IMG/VR virus record: IMGVR_UViG_3300030372_005019
Location: 1 to 24,910 of that record
Strand: one strand, 5' to 3'
DNA: 24,910 nucleotides
From: a virus
Lineage: Duplodnaviria; Caudoviricetes
This document shows positions 1 to 8,826 of the stretch, piece after piece. The position numbers and the translations under genes are program-made. Position 1 is the first letter of the stretch. The number at the start of each line of letters is the position of its first letter. Under the pieces are notes generated by a model. It did not search any database. It was not told the origin of the DNA and worked only from the letters and a program-made list of their open reading frames with translations.

Positions 1-22
1 CCACATTCGGAGATTTTTTTCC

Positions 23-493
23 TTGGTAGAGCAAAATTCAGCGCAGGCGGGAGATGGAGAGCAGGAGCTGGATCTGTTCGGTGCGCCGTTGACGCAGGTG
101 CGTGACCGGTGGGGGCGGCCATCGTTCAAGACAACCAAGGAAAACAAGGAGTTTGTGGCGGCGCGCATAGCGATGGGCTGGAGCCAGAAGCGGATTGCCG
201 CGGCAATCGGGTGTGACGAGAAGACGTTGCGCAAGAATTTTTCCCGTGAGCTTGAGCACGGCCGGGACATCATCGAGGGCATGGCGATCGACGTGCTGAT
301 GCACAAGATGCGCCAGGGCAATGGCCCGGCCATCACCAAGGTTCTCGAGCGTATCGACATGGCGGACCTGAAGACCAAGCCGGCAACCCCGAAAAAGCCG
401 GAGCCGCTGGGCAAGAAAGATCAGCTGCGGGCCGCCGCACACGAGCCGACAGGAAGCTGGGCCGATACGCTCAACGCGGAAAAGCTGAACTGA
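23..493 (+). CDS. terS: Terminase small subunit (HTH-containing)
   Basis: HTH-like segment WSQKRIAAAIGCDEKTLRKNFSREL; directly upstream of terL; TTG start with GGAG at 9-12 (start uncertain). Confidence 0.8.
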   Translation: MVEQNSAQAGDGEQELDLFGAPLTQVRDRWGRPSFKTTKENKEFVAARIAMGWSQKRIAAAIGCDEKTLRKNFSRELEHGRDIIEGMAIDVLMHKMRQGNGPAITKVLERIDMADLKTKPATPKKPEPLGKKDQLRAAAHEPTGSWADTLNAEKLN

Positions 494-494
494 G

Positions 495-2198
495 ATGACG
501 GCGCTTGCCTGTCCGGACTGGTTCGAACGGCTTCAGGCCGGTGCAACTCCGATGCCGGAACTTGAGCTTGACGACGAAGCCGCGGCGCGGGCCGTCATGA
601 TCTTCGACAAGTTGCGGCTGCCGGACGTGCCGGGCACGCCCTCGATGGCGGAAGCGGCGGGCGACTGGAACCGTGATGTGATCCGGGCGATCTTCGGATC
701 GGTGCTGACCGATGTCGACGGCAAGATCATCGGCCGCTCGATCCGGAAGTTCTTCGAGCTGGTGCCGAAGAAAAACGCCAAGACGACCAAAGGTGCTTCG
801 ATCATGCTGGTGGCGCTGTTGCTCAACCGGAGACCGCGCGGCGAGTTTCTGCTGGTGGGGCCGACACAGCAAACCGCAGAGCTGGCGTTCAGCCAGGCCG
901 CGGGAATGATCGAGGCGGATGACGAGGGGTTTCTGCAGAAGCGGTTTCAGATCCAGCAGCACAAGCTGACGATCGTGGACCGGACCAACGGCGCCAAGCT
1001 GAAGATCAAGACCTTCGACAACAAGGTGATGACCGGCGTCAAGCCGGTGGGTGTGCTGATTGACGAGCTGCATGAACTTGGAAAGTTCTCCTATGCCGAG
1101 AAGGTTCTGACCCAGATCCGCGGCGGCATCATCGCCAACCCGGAAGGGTTCCTGGTCTACATCACGACGCAATCGGATGAGCCGCCCACGGGCGTGTTCA
1201 AGAGCGAACTGGAATATGCGCGGGATATCCGCGACGGCAAGGTCGAGGGAGATCTTCTGCCGGTGCTGTATGAATTCCCGATCAAGATGCAGGCTGCCAA
1301 GGATGAGCCGTGGCGAGATCCCACGAACTGGCCGCTGGTGCTGCCAAATCTCGGCCGCTCGATCAACATCGAAACGCTGATGAGTGAATACAGAGAAGCT
1401 AACGCGAAGGGCATCGAGGTTCTTTCGATCTGGGCAAGCCAGCATCTCAATATCGAGATCGGGATTGCGATGCATCGAGACCGGTGGGCCGGGACAAAAT
1501 ACTGGCCAACGGCTGTTGATCCAGAGCCGATCACGGTCGACGGGCTGATTGCCCGCTGCGATGTGATCTGCGCCGGTGTCGACGGCGGCGGTCTTGATGA
1601 CCTTCTGGGGCTCGCGCTGGCGGGCCGGGACAAGGTGACGCGGGATTGGCTGTTCTGGTTTCATGCCTGGGCGCATCCGGATGTTCTGGAGCGGCGCAAG
1701 GAAATCGCCGATCGGCTTCGGGCCTTTGCCCGCGACGGCAATCTGACGATTTGCGATGAGCCGACGCAGGATGTCGATGAAATCGCCGATCTGATGGAGC
1801 GGGTTCATGTGGCGGGGCTGTTTCCGGAAAAATACGGCATCGGCCTCGACCCGGTCGGCGTTGCCGCTATCACCGACGAAATTGCCAACCGGGGCATTGA
1901 TCCGGAAATCATGACGGCGGTCGGCCAAGGCTACCGGCTGTCGGGCACGATCAAGGGTTTCGAGCGGAAGCTCAAGGACGGGACGCTCTGGCATGACGGT
2001 TCCGATCTCATGACCTGGTGCGTCGGAAACGCGAAAGCCGAACTGAGAGGATCAGCGCTGATGATCACCAAGGAAAAGTCCGGCACCGCAAAAATCGACC
2101 CGTTGATGGCGGGTTTCAACGCTTTTGCGCTTCTGGCGCGCAACCCGCAGTCGCAAGGTCCAAGTGTCTACCAGACACGCGGCGCGCTGGCACTCTGA
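495..2198 (+). CDS. terL: Terminase large subunit
   Basis: Walker A-like VPKKNAKTT, Walker B VLIDELH, coupling motif ITT, nuclease acidic motifs GVDGGGLDD and KIDPLMA; precedes portal. Confidence 0.95.
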   Translation: MTALACPDWFERLQAGATPMPELELDDEAAARAVMIFDKLRLPDVPGTPSMAEAAGDWNRDVIRAIFGSVLTDVDGKIIGRSIRKFFELVPKKNAKTTKGASIMLVALLLNRRPRGEFLLVGPTQQTAELAFSQAAGMIEADDEGFLQKRFQIQQHKLTIVDRTNGAKLKIKTFDNKVMTGVKPVGVLIDELHELGKFSYAEKVLTQIRGGIIANPEGFLVYITTQSDEPPTGVFKSELEYARDIRDGKVEGDLLPVLYEFPIKMQAAKDEPWRDPTNWPLVLPNLGRSINIETLMSEYREANAKGIEVLSIWASQHLNIEIGIAMHRDRWAGTKYWPTAVDPEPITVDGLIARCDVICAGVDGGGLDDLLGLALAGRDKVTRDWLFWFHAWAHPDVLERRKEIADRLRAFARDGNLTICDEPTQDVDEIADLMERVHVAGLFPEKYGIGLDPVGVAAITDEIANRGIDPEIMTAVGQGYRLSGTIKGFERKLKDGTLWHDGSDLMTWCVGNAKAELRGSALMITKEKSGTAKIDPLMAGFNAFALLARNPQSQGPSVYQTRGALAL

Positions 2199-2207
2199 GG
2201 AAAACGC

Positions 2208-3479
2208 ATGGGATTCCTTCAACGGTGGTTTGGCGCGAAGGGTACTGCAGGCGCCGATCCGCGGGCGTCAACGCAGTCGTCAGGTGGCGGAACGCTTGTC
2301 ACGTCGCCCGATCAGCTCGAGGACGTGATGCGCGGTGCGGGCATGTCTGGCTCCGGAATGCCGGTGACGCCGGAAACTGCAATGCGTCAGGGTGTCGTGT
2401 TTGCCTGTGTTCGCATCCGATCCGGCGTTCTGGCCAATATGCCAATTCATATCAAGCGAAGGGTTGACGCGCGAACCCGCGAAGATGCCTCGGATCACCC
2501 GTTGTGGAAGCTGTTTCGCCGGCGCCCGAACAGGTGGCAGACGCCGTCGCAGTTCAAGCGCATGCTGCAAGCGCATCTGCTTTTGCGCGGCAATGCCTAT
2601 GCGATGATTGTTCGCTCAAGGGGGCGGGTTATCGGGCTGGTTCCGCTGCACCCGGATCGGGTCACTGTCGTTCAAAACGATGATCATTCCCTGGTCTATA
2701 CCTATCGCCGCAAGAATGGCGGGATCACAGTGCTGCCGCAAGGCGAGATGATGCACCTGGTCGGCTTGTCTCTCGACGGCATCGTGGGGGTTTCGGTGAT
2801 CTCCTATGCCCGGGAAACGGTCGGCCTGGCTGCGGTCATGGAGAACCACGGCGCCACCACGTTCAAGAACGGTGCACGGGTTTCAACGGTTCTGAAACAC
2901 CCTGGAAAGCTTGGGCCGGAAGGACTGGTTTTCCTGCAGGCCAGTCTTGATGAATATCGATCGGGTGGCGAGAGCGAAGGCAAGGCGCTGATCCTGGAAG
3001 AGGGGATGGATGTTTCGCCCCTCGCGATGACGGCGGAAGATGCCCAATGGCTCGAAAGCCGGAAATTCTCGCGAACGGACATCTCGATGTTTTTCGGGGT
3101 GCCGCCGCACATGTTCGGCGATACCGAGAAATCCACAAGCTGGGGAACTGGCATCGACAGCCAGACGCAGGGCTTTGTCACCTTCACTTCGGAAGATGAT
3201 CTGACAACCTGGGAAGAGACCATCAATCGTGACCTGGTCGGGGATGGTGAGCCTGATGTTTACGCTCGGTTCAACCGGGCGGCGCTGATCCGGGGAGATA
3301 TCAAGACCAGGTGGGGCGCCTACGTTCAGGGCTTGCAATGGGGAGTGTGGAGCCCCAATGAGATCCGCGCTCTGGAAGACGAAAACCCGCGTGAGGGCGG
3401 TGATGTCTACTACGACCCGCCGAACACGGCCGGCGAAACATCGAATGGAGATGGCAATGAGCCTTCGAACACTTCCTGA
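2208..3479 (+). CDS. Phage portal protein, HK97 family
   Basis: Motifs VFACVR, HPLWKL..RPN.WQT, LLLRGNAY, FGVPPH, SPNEIRALE; RBS GAGG upstream. Confidence 0.95.
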   Translation: MGFLQRWFGAKGTAGADPRASTQSSGGGTLVTSPDQLEDVMRGAGMSGSGMPVTPETAMRQGVVFACVRIRSGVLANMPIHIKRRVDARTREDASDHPLWKLFRRRPNRWQTPSQFKRMLQAHLLLRGNAYAMIVRSRGRVIGLVPLHPDRVTVVQNDDHSLVYTYRRKNGGITVLPQGEMMHLVGLSLDGIVGVSVISYARETVGLAAVMENHGATTFKNGARVSTVLKHPGKLGPEGLVFLQASLDEYRSGGESEGKALILEEGMDVSPLAMTAEDAQWLESRKFSRTDISMFFGVPPHMFGDTEKSTSWGTGIDSQTQGFVTFTSEDDLTTWEETINRDLVGDGEPDVYARFNRAALIRGDIKTRWGAYVQGLQWGVWSPNEIRALEDENPREGGDVYYDPPNTAGETSNGDGNEPSNTS

Positions 3480-4302
3480 AGCCAAGGTTTTCCCGCGGCC
3501 AAAGAATTACCAGCCGGAGGCACCCTCGGATGTGATGGCCGACTGGTCGGCGAAGCCACTTGCGGCGGAAGCCGATGATGCCAGCACGATCTCGATCTAT
3601 GACGTGATCGGCGATGATTTCTGGAGCGGCGGCGGGTTCACGGCCAAACGCGCATCGGCCGCCTTGCGTTCGATCGGCGCCAATCCGGTGACGGTCAACA
3701 TCAATTCGCCCGGTGGCGACATGTTCGAGGGGATTGCGATCTACAACGCATTCCGGGCGCATCCCGCCAAGGTGACTGTCAATGTGATGGGGATTGCCGC
3801 GTCGGCCGCTTCCATCATTGCGATGGCCGGCGACGAGGTCAACATGGGTCTCGGGACCTTCATGATGGTGCACAATGCATGGGGGCTCGTTGTCGGCAAC
3901 CAGCATGATCTTGCCGAAGCCTCCGAGCTGTTCGGTCAGTTCGATTCCGCGCTCGCGGATATCTACGAAGCGCGCACCGGCCAGAGCCGGGCTTCAATCG
4001 AAAAGCTGATGGATGCGGAAAGCTTCCTGTCTCCCGCCGATGCGGTCGAGAAGGGGTTTGCCGACAGCGTCGACAAGGAATTGAAGGCGGCTGTTTCGAA
4101 CCAGGCGCATCCGGGCTCGGTCAATGCCAAGCGGCGGATTGAATCGCTGCTGGCCAAGCAGGACGTGCCGCGCTCCGAGCGCAGGCGTTTGCTCAATGAA
4201 CTAACTGGGGGCACGCACGACGCTGCCCCGACGGTCACGCAAGACGCTGGCCTTGACCTGGCTGCCGTGCGGCAGCTGATTGAAACAATCAAGACACACT
4301 AG
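3457..4302 (+). CDS. Prohead maturation protease, ClpP-like (S14)
   Basis: INSPGGD, GIAASAAS (catalytic Ser), MVHN (His); start moved to ATG 3457, which follows GGAG at 3447-3450; lies between portal and capsid. Confidence 0.92.
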   Translation: MSLRTLPEAKVFPRPKNYQPEAPSDVMADWSAKPLAAEADDASTISIYDVIGDDFWSGGGFTAKRASAALRSIGANPVTVNINSPGGDMFEGIAIYNAFRAHPAKVTVNVMGIAASAASIIAMAGDEVNMGLGTFMMVHNAWGLVVGNQHDLAEASELFGQFDSALADIYEARTGQSRASIEKLMDAESFLSPADAVEKGFADSVDKELKAAVSNQAHPGSVNAKRRIESLLAKQDVPRSERRRLLNELTGGTHDAAPTVTQDAGLDLAAVRQLIETIKTH

Positions 4303-4311
4303 GAGAAAGTC

Positions 4312-5589
4312 ATGAACGTGGCTCTAAATTCCCGTGCCCGCGGGATCATGTCGGCGCGTGCCGACGCAGGAAATGCAACCGCAGTTCTCAGTGAGCTGCA
4401 GAAGACCTTTGCCGAATTCAAGGCTGAGCGGAAAGCTGAGCTTGACGGCATCAACGCGAAATTCGCCGACGTGGTGCAGGCCGAAAAGGTTGATCGTATC
4501 AACGATGAGGTCACCAAGCTGCAGGCGGCGATCGACGAAACCAACATGATGATGGCGGCGCTGAGAACCGGCGGCGGTGGTGGCGATGAGCTGAGCGCTG
4601 AAAAGCGGGCCTACAACAAGGCCTTCAACCAGTTTTTCCGCAAAGGCAAAGAAGACGGGCTGTCGGAACTTGCGGCACAAGCATCGCTGCGCACCGATTC
4701 CGATCCGGATGGCGGCTATGTCGTTCCGGAGCAGATGGAGACGCAGATCGACCGGGTGCTGGGTACGGTTTCGGCAATGCGGTCGATCTCGCGCGTGATG
4801 ACGATTTCCTCCAGCCTTTACAAGAAGCCCGTGAACCAGGGCGGCGCAACCGGCGGCTGGGTCGGTGAAACCGAGTCACGCTCCGAAACGTCAACGCCGA
4901 CCCTGTCCGTGCTCGAGTTTCCGGCAATGGAAGTCTACGCCAATCCGGCGGCAACGCAGTCGATGCTCGATGATGCAGCGATCGATGTGGGCGCCTGGCT
5001 GGCGGATGAGGTCTCGATCACATTTGCCGAGATGGAGGGTGCTGCCTTCATTTCCGGCAACGGAGTCAACAAGCCGCGCGGTATTCTGCAGTACGACACG
5101 GTTGCCAATGCGAGCCACACCTGGGGCAAGCTTGGATTTGTCACCACCGGGGTTGCCGCAGATATCAATGACGCAACCCACAACGGTTTGAAGGCATTGA
5201 TCGACCTGGTGTATTCGATCAAGCAGGGCTATCGCACCAATGCCCGGTTTCTGATGAACCGCACGCTGCAGGGCAAGATCCGGAAGCTGGATACCCTCGG
5301 CGACACCGAAGTTCCACTGTGGCAGCCGTCGGCGCAGCTGGGCCAGCCGGCAACACTGCTGGGTTATCCGATCACCGATGATGACAACATGTCGGATGTC
5401 GGCGCCAATGCGTTCCCTGTCGCCTTCGGTGATTTCAACCGTGGTTATCTGGTGGTCGACCGCATGGGCATCCGGGTGCTCCGCGATCCGTTCACCAACA
5501 AGCCCTATGTGCATTTCTACACCACCAAGCGCGTGGGTGGCGGCGTGCAGAACTTCGAGGCGATCAAGCTCCTCAAGTGCGCGGCCTGA
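4312..5589 (+). CDS. Major capsid protein, HK97 fold with N-terminal coiled-coil delta domain
   Basis: DGGYVVPE, GWVGE, FISGNGVNKPRGIL, TLLGYPI, FGDFNRGY, KRVGG motifs; RBS AGGAG. Confidence 0.96.
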   Translation: MNVALNSRARGIMSARADAGNATAVLSELQKTFAEFKAERKAELDGINAKFADVVQAEKVDRINDEVTKLQAAIDETNMMMAALRTGGGGGDELSAEKRAYNKAFNQFFRKGKEDGLSELAAQASLRTDSDPDGGYVVPEQMETQIDRVLGTVSAMRSISRVMTISSSLYKKPVNQGGATGGWVGETESRSETSTPTLSVLEFPAMEVYANPAATQSMLDDAAIDVGAWLADEVSITFAEMEGAAFISGNGVNKPRGILQYDTVANASHTWGKLGFVTTGVAADINDATHNGLKALIDLVYSIKQGYRTNARFLMNRTLQGKIRKLDTLGDTEVPLWQPSAQLGQPATLLGYPITDDDNMSDVGANAFPVAFGDFNRGYLVVDRMGIRVLRDPFTNKPYVHFYTTKRVGGGVQNFEAIKLLKCAA

Positions 5590-5600
5590 CCGACTGACAG

Positions 5601-5652
5601 GCCCGGCGGACCACGCCGGGCTCTCGCCGGACGCGGAGCGTCCGTTCATTTT
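5601..5652 (+). terminator. Tandem hairpins after the capsid gene; the second is terminator/attenuator-like
   Basis: GCCCGGCG-gacca-CGCCGGGC (5601-5621), then CGGACGC-gga-GCGTCCG (5628-5644) followed by TTCATTTT. Confidence 0.55.
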
Positions 5653-5674
5653 CTTCGACAAGAGGGTTATTCCC

Positions 5675-6079
5675 ATGAAAGACATGCACTCGAATATCAA
5701 GGTGCTGCCCGCCATCACGCCGGCTGCGGTTGGAACCAGCGGCATCGCCGGTGGCAAGCTTTCGGCGATCATCGACCGCCGAGGCTACGAGTCCGCCGAG
5801 TTTGTGTATTCCTACGGCACATCGGCAACGGTGGCCGATACGATCACGCCGGTGGTCTATGAGGCGAATGCGACCGGCGACACGTTCACATCGGTTGCGG
5901 ATGCGGACCTGATCGGTTCCGAAGCCGCCATCGCGCTGACGGCGGCCGGTTCCAGCAAGATCGGTTATCGCGGCAACAAGCGCTATCTGCGGCTGCGGCT
6001 CTACGGCACCGGCCATGCGACCGGCACCGTGTCGGCTGAGGCTCTCCTCGGAAACCCAGCGATCGCGCCGGTGACCTGA
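5675..6079 (+). CDS. Putative capsid decoration/cement protein (134 aa)
   Basis: ATG 5675 with GAGG RBS; small Ala/Thr/Gly-rich beta-type protein (IDRRGYES, KIGYRGNKRYLRL) directly after the capsid gene. Confidence 0.65.
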   Translation: MKDMHSNIKVLPAITPAAVGTSGIAGGKLSAIIDRRGYESAEFVYSYGTSATVADTITPVVYEANATGDTFTSVADADLIGSEAAIALTAAGSSKIGYRGNKRYLRLRLYGTGHATGTVSAEALLGNPAIAPVT

Positions 6080-6867
6080 TGCCGGCCAAACGAAAGAGCC
6101 GCGCGCGGGCAACCCCCGCGCGCGGTCCCGACCATGTCGCCATTCTGGGTCTTGGCGAGTCGCTTGGAACCTTCATGGAGGTTGCCAAGCGGCTGGGTGG
6201 CCGCAGCGCCTATTGCGACGAGGTGTGGAGCATCAATGCGGCAGGCGACGTGTTTGCCTGCGACCGGATTTTCCACATGGATGATCTTGCGGTGCAGGAA
6301 GCCAGAGCAGCTGCGCGGCCTGATGGAAACATCGCGGCAATGGTCAAATGGCTGAAGACGCACCCGGGTCCGATCTACACATCCAGGTTGCGCAAAGGTT
6401 ATCCGGGGCTCGTGGAGTTCCCGCTCGAGGAAGTGCTCAATGCCGGTCATGACGGCAATGGCGGCGCTCCCTATTTCAATTCGACAGCGGCCTATGCAAT
6501 AGCCTATGCAATCCACATTGGCGCCAGCCGTATCTCCCTGTTCGGTCTCGATTACACGCTTCAGAACTCACACAGTGCCGAACGCGGTCGGGCATGCTGT
6601 GAATTCTGGCTTGGAATTGCCGCGGCCCGTGGCATCGAGATCACCATTCCCGAAACGAGTTCACTCATGGACGCCTGCGCGCCGGAGGATGAGCTGCTTT
6701 ACGGATATGACTGTGTCGATGTGTCTCTGTCGACACGCGATGACGGCAGTCTTGCGGTCGCCTTTGCCGAGCGTGCGCCACCGACCGCCGAAGACATCGA
6801 GGCGCGTTACAACCATTCCAGACATCCGAACCGGCTCATAGCCGGAGATGTGAAGCAAGGGAGATGA
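6079..6867 (+). CDS. Putative CstII/Maf-like (sialyltransferase-fold) glycosyltransferase
   Basis: VAILGLGES, EVWSIN, STAAYAIAYAIHIGASRISLFGLDY motifs; TGATG coupling to the upstream gene. Confidence 0.6.
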   Translation: MPAKRKSRARATPARGPDHVAILGLGESLGTFMEVAKRLGGRSAYCDEVWSINAAGDVFACDRIFHMDDLAVQEARAAARPDGNIAAMVKWLKTHPGPIYTSRLRKGYPGLVEFPLEEVLNAGHDGNGGAPYFNSTAAYAIAYAIHIGASRISLFGLDYTLQNSHSAERGRACCEFWLGIAAARGIEITIPETSSLMDACAPEDELLYGYDCVDVSLSTRDDGSLAVAFAERAPPTAEDIEARYNHSRHPNRLIAGDVKQGR

Positions 6868-7040
6868 TGATGAAGGCGATTGTGAAGACGCAATTCCCCG
6901 GCCGTCCTGACGGCGAAGCTGTATCCCGGCAGGTTGAGCCGGGCGAGACAATCGAGGGCGCATTGGCGGAGGTGGCGGTGGCCAACAAATGGGCTAGCGC
7001 TGTTGGTGAGAAAAAAGCCAAGGGCGGGGATGGCAAGTAG
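6864..7040 (+). CDS. Small hypothetical head-module protein (58 aa; alternative starts 6867/6870), absent from the ORF track
   Basis: MMMKAIVKTQFPGRPDGEAVSRQVEPGETIEGALAEVAVANKWASAVGEKKAKGGDGK*; fills the gap exactly, with ATGA overlap upstream and TAG abutting ATG 7041. Confidence 0.75.
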   Translation: MMMKAIVKTQFPGRPDGEAVSRQVEPGETIEGALAEVAVANKWASAVGEKKAKGGDGK

Positions 7041-7613
7041 ATGCTGGCCCCGGTTCTGGTAACGGCGCCGACAGACTTGCCGGTTTCTATCGTGGAAGCA
7101 AAGGCATGGTGCCGGGTCGACCATGACGATGATGACGATCTGCTGGAGGCGCTGATTGCGGCGGCAACGGGACATCTCGACGGATGGTCAGGGTGCCTGG
7201 GCCGGGCCATCATGACGCAGACCTGGCGGCAGGATTTCGGAGGTTTTTCCCGGGTGCTGCGGTTGCCGATGTTCCCTGTCTCGTCTGTTGAATCGGTCAA
7301 GTATTTCGACGCGGACAATGCCGAGCAGACCCTGCAGTCGGCCAATTACACGCTGATGACTGACGAGCGTGGCTGTTTCCTCGAGATTGACCGGGATTTG
7401 TCCTGGCCATCAACTTATTGCCGCCGCGATGCGGTCTCGGTGACATATCTTGCCGGCGAGGGTTCGGCGCCGGCGGCAATTGCAACTGCCATCAAGATGC
7501 TGGTTGCGAACTGGTACATGCATCGGGAATCCGTGGGATCCGCAGAGATGGCAGCCGATCTGCCGCTCGGGGTTCGCCGCATTCTCTCTCCCCTCAACCG
7601 GACCGGTGTCTGA
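7041..7613 (+). CDS. Head-tail connector/adaptor protein (HK97 gp6-like, phiE125 gp8-type)
   Basis: PVSIVEAKAWCRVD..DDDLLEALIAAA, GRAIMTQTW, AIKMLVANWYMHRE. Confidence 0.9.
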   Translation: MLAPVLVTAPTDLPVSIVEAKAWCRVDHDDDDDLLEALIAAATGHLDGWSGCLGRAIMTQTWRQDFGGFSRVLRLPMFPVSSVESVKYFDADNAEQTLQSANYTLMTDERGCFLEIDRDLSWPSTYCRRDAVSVTYLAGEGSAPAAIATAIKMLVANWYMHRESVGSAEMAADLPLGVRRILSPLNRTGV

Positions 7614-7645
7614 CCCGGCGATAAAACCACATCAGGAGACAAGTC

Positions 7646-8062
7646 ATGACTGCACTTTCGATCACTGCTGCCAACGTCATCGCCGGCACTGGCGCAATTA
7701 CCGAGAACGGGACCGCCGGGGCTACCATTACGGCGGGCCAAGTCGTCTATCAGGCGGGAGCGACCGGCAAGTACGGTCTGGCGGACTGCAACTCGGCAAC
7801 GGCCGAGGTTCGTGTTGTTCGCGGCATTGCCCTGAATGGTGCTTCTGATGGCCAGCCGCTTCGCATTCTCAAGCAGGGCCCGATTACCATTGGCGCGACT
7901 GTCGTTGTGGGTAGTGCCTATTTTGCGGGCGGCACTGCCGGTTCGATCATCCCGGTGGGCGACTTTGCGACCAATGATTACGTCAGCCAGATCGGCATTG
8001 CCACCACGGCTGCAATCATTGACGTGAATATCCAGAACAGCGGCGCGCAAGTTCCGGCCTGA
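7646..8062 (+). CDS. Putative DUF2190-like capsid cement/spike-base protein
   Basis: AGATITAGQVVY...GIALNGASDGQ pattern; RBS AGGAG. Confidence 0.55.
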   Translation: MTALSITAANVIAGTGAITENGTAGATITAGQVVYQAGATGKYGLADCNSATAEVRVVRGIALNGASDGQPLRILKQGPITIGATVVVGSAYFAGGTAGSIIPVGDFATNDYVSQIGIATTAAIIDVNIQNSGAQVPA

Positions 8063-8397
8063 TGAGCGCTGGCAAGCTTGACAAGCGTATTGCCTTCGAG
8101 AGCCCCGTCGATACGGCGGACGGGGCAGGGGGAACTGTGCGCGGTTGGGCTGCTCAGTTCACCGTCGCTGCTGGCTATATGCGGTTGCGTGGTGGTGAGA
8201 CGGTTTTAGCGTCGCGTTTGAGCGGGACGCAGCCAACGGTGATCCGCGTTCGGGCTTCCACTCAAGCCAGGCGGGTCACGACAGACTGGCGTGGCGTCGA
8301 TGCGCGCACCGGCGAGATTTTCAACCTCCGTGCGATCATCGAAAGTGACGACCGGGCCTTTCTCGAAATCACGGCGGAAAGCGGCGTTGCCACGTAA
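8062..8397 (+). CDS. Head closure/stopper protein (SPP1 gp16-like)
   Basis: AGKLDKRIAFE..DGAGG...W motif; synteny. Confidence 0.88.
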   Translation: MSAGKLDKRIAFESPVDTADGAGGTVRGWAAQFTVAAGYMRLRGGETVLASRLSGTQPTVIRVRASTQARRVTTDWRGVDARTGEIFNLRAIIESDDRAFLEITAESGVAT

Positions 8398-8415
8398 TCA
8401 GCGGGAGGGCGTCAA

Positions 8416-8826
8416 ATGGTGATCGGCCTCCCGAGCCTCAAGCGCAAGCTTACCATGACGATCCCCGCGAAGGTGCGCGAGGCAACACGAAGGGCTCTTG
8501 CCAAGGGCGCTGACGAGATTGTCGCACTGATGAAGTCGCGGGTTCCCGTTGATAGCGGTGCATTGCGAGACAGCATCGGATGGACGTGGGGCGATGCCCC
8601 CGCTGGTGCAATGGTCTTGGCAACCTCAACGAGGACTGAAGGCGGGGAGCGGATCACGATATACGCTGGAAATGATGATGCGTTTTATGCGCGGTGGCAG
8701 GAGTTCGGCACTCAGAACATGGCGCCAAATCCATACTTCTATCCGTCCTATCGCCAGCTCAAGCGCCGCACAAAATCCCGCGTTACTCGTGAAATGAAAA
8801 AAGCAATCAAGGCGGGCGCTGCATGA
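8416..8826 (+). CDS. HK97 gp10-family tail completion protein
   Basis: VPVDSGALRDSI, YARWQEFGT.NM.PNPYFYP. Confidence 0.9.
   Translation: MVIGLPSLKRKLTMTIPAKVREATRRALAKGADEIVALMKSRVPVDSGALRDSIGWTWGDAPAGAMVLATSTRTEGGERITIYAGNDDAFYARWQEFGTQNMAPNPYFYPSYRQLKRRTKSRVTREMKKAIKAGAA

Noticed and set aside
765-790. Walker A reading KKNAKT instead of GK[ST]
   Set aside because: Non-Gly variants occur in this terminase group to my knowledge, and the other motifs are intact; not evidence of a pseudogene
471-1994. 507-aa minus-strand ORF (also 4891-5772, 10496-11758, 22184-23059, 22486-23301)
   Set aside because: Shadow ORFs antisense to well-supported genes, expected from high-GC codon bias; no recognisable motifs
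3358-3456. N-terminal extension of the protease given in the ORF track
   Set aside because: Overlaps the portal gene extensively; the RBS supports ATG 3457
5378-5674. +1 frameshift fusion of the capsid to the downstream decoration protein (frame open from 5378)
   Set aside because: No slippery site seen; the intervening sequence is hairpin-rich and the downstream gene has its own RBS/ATG at 5675
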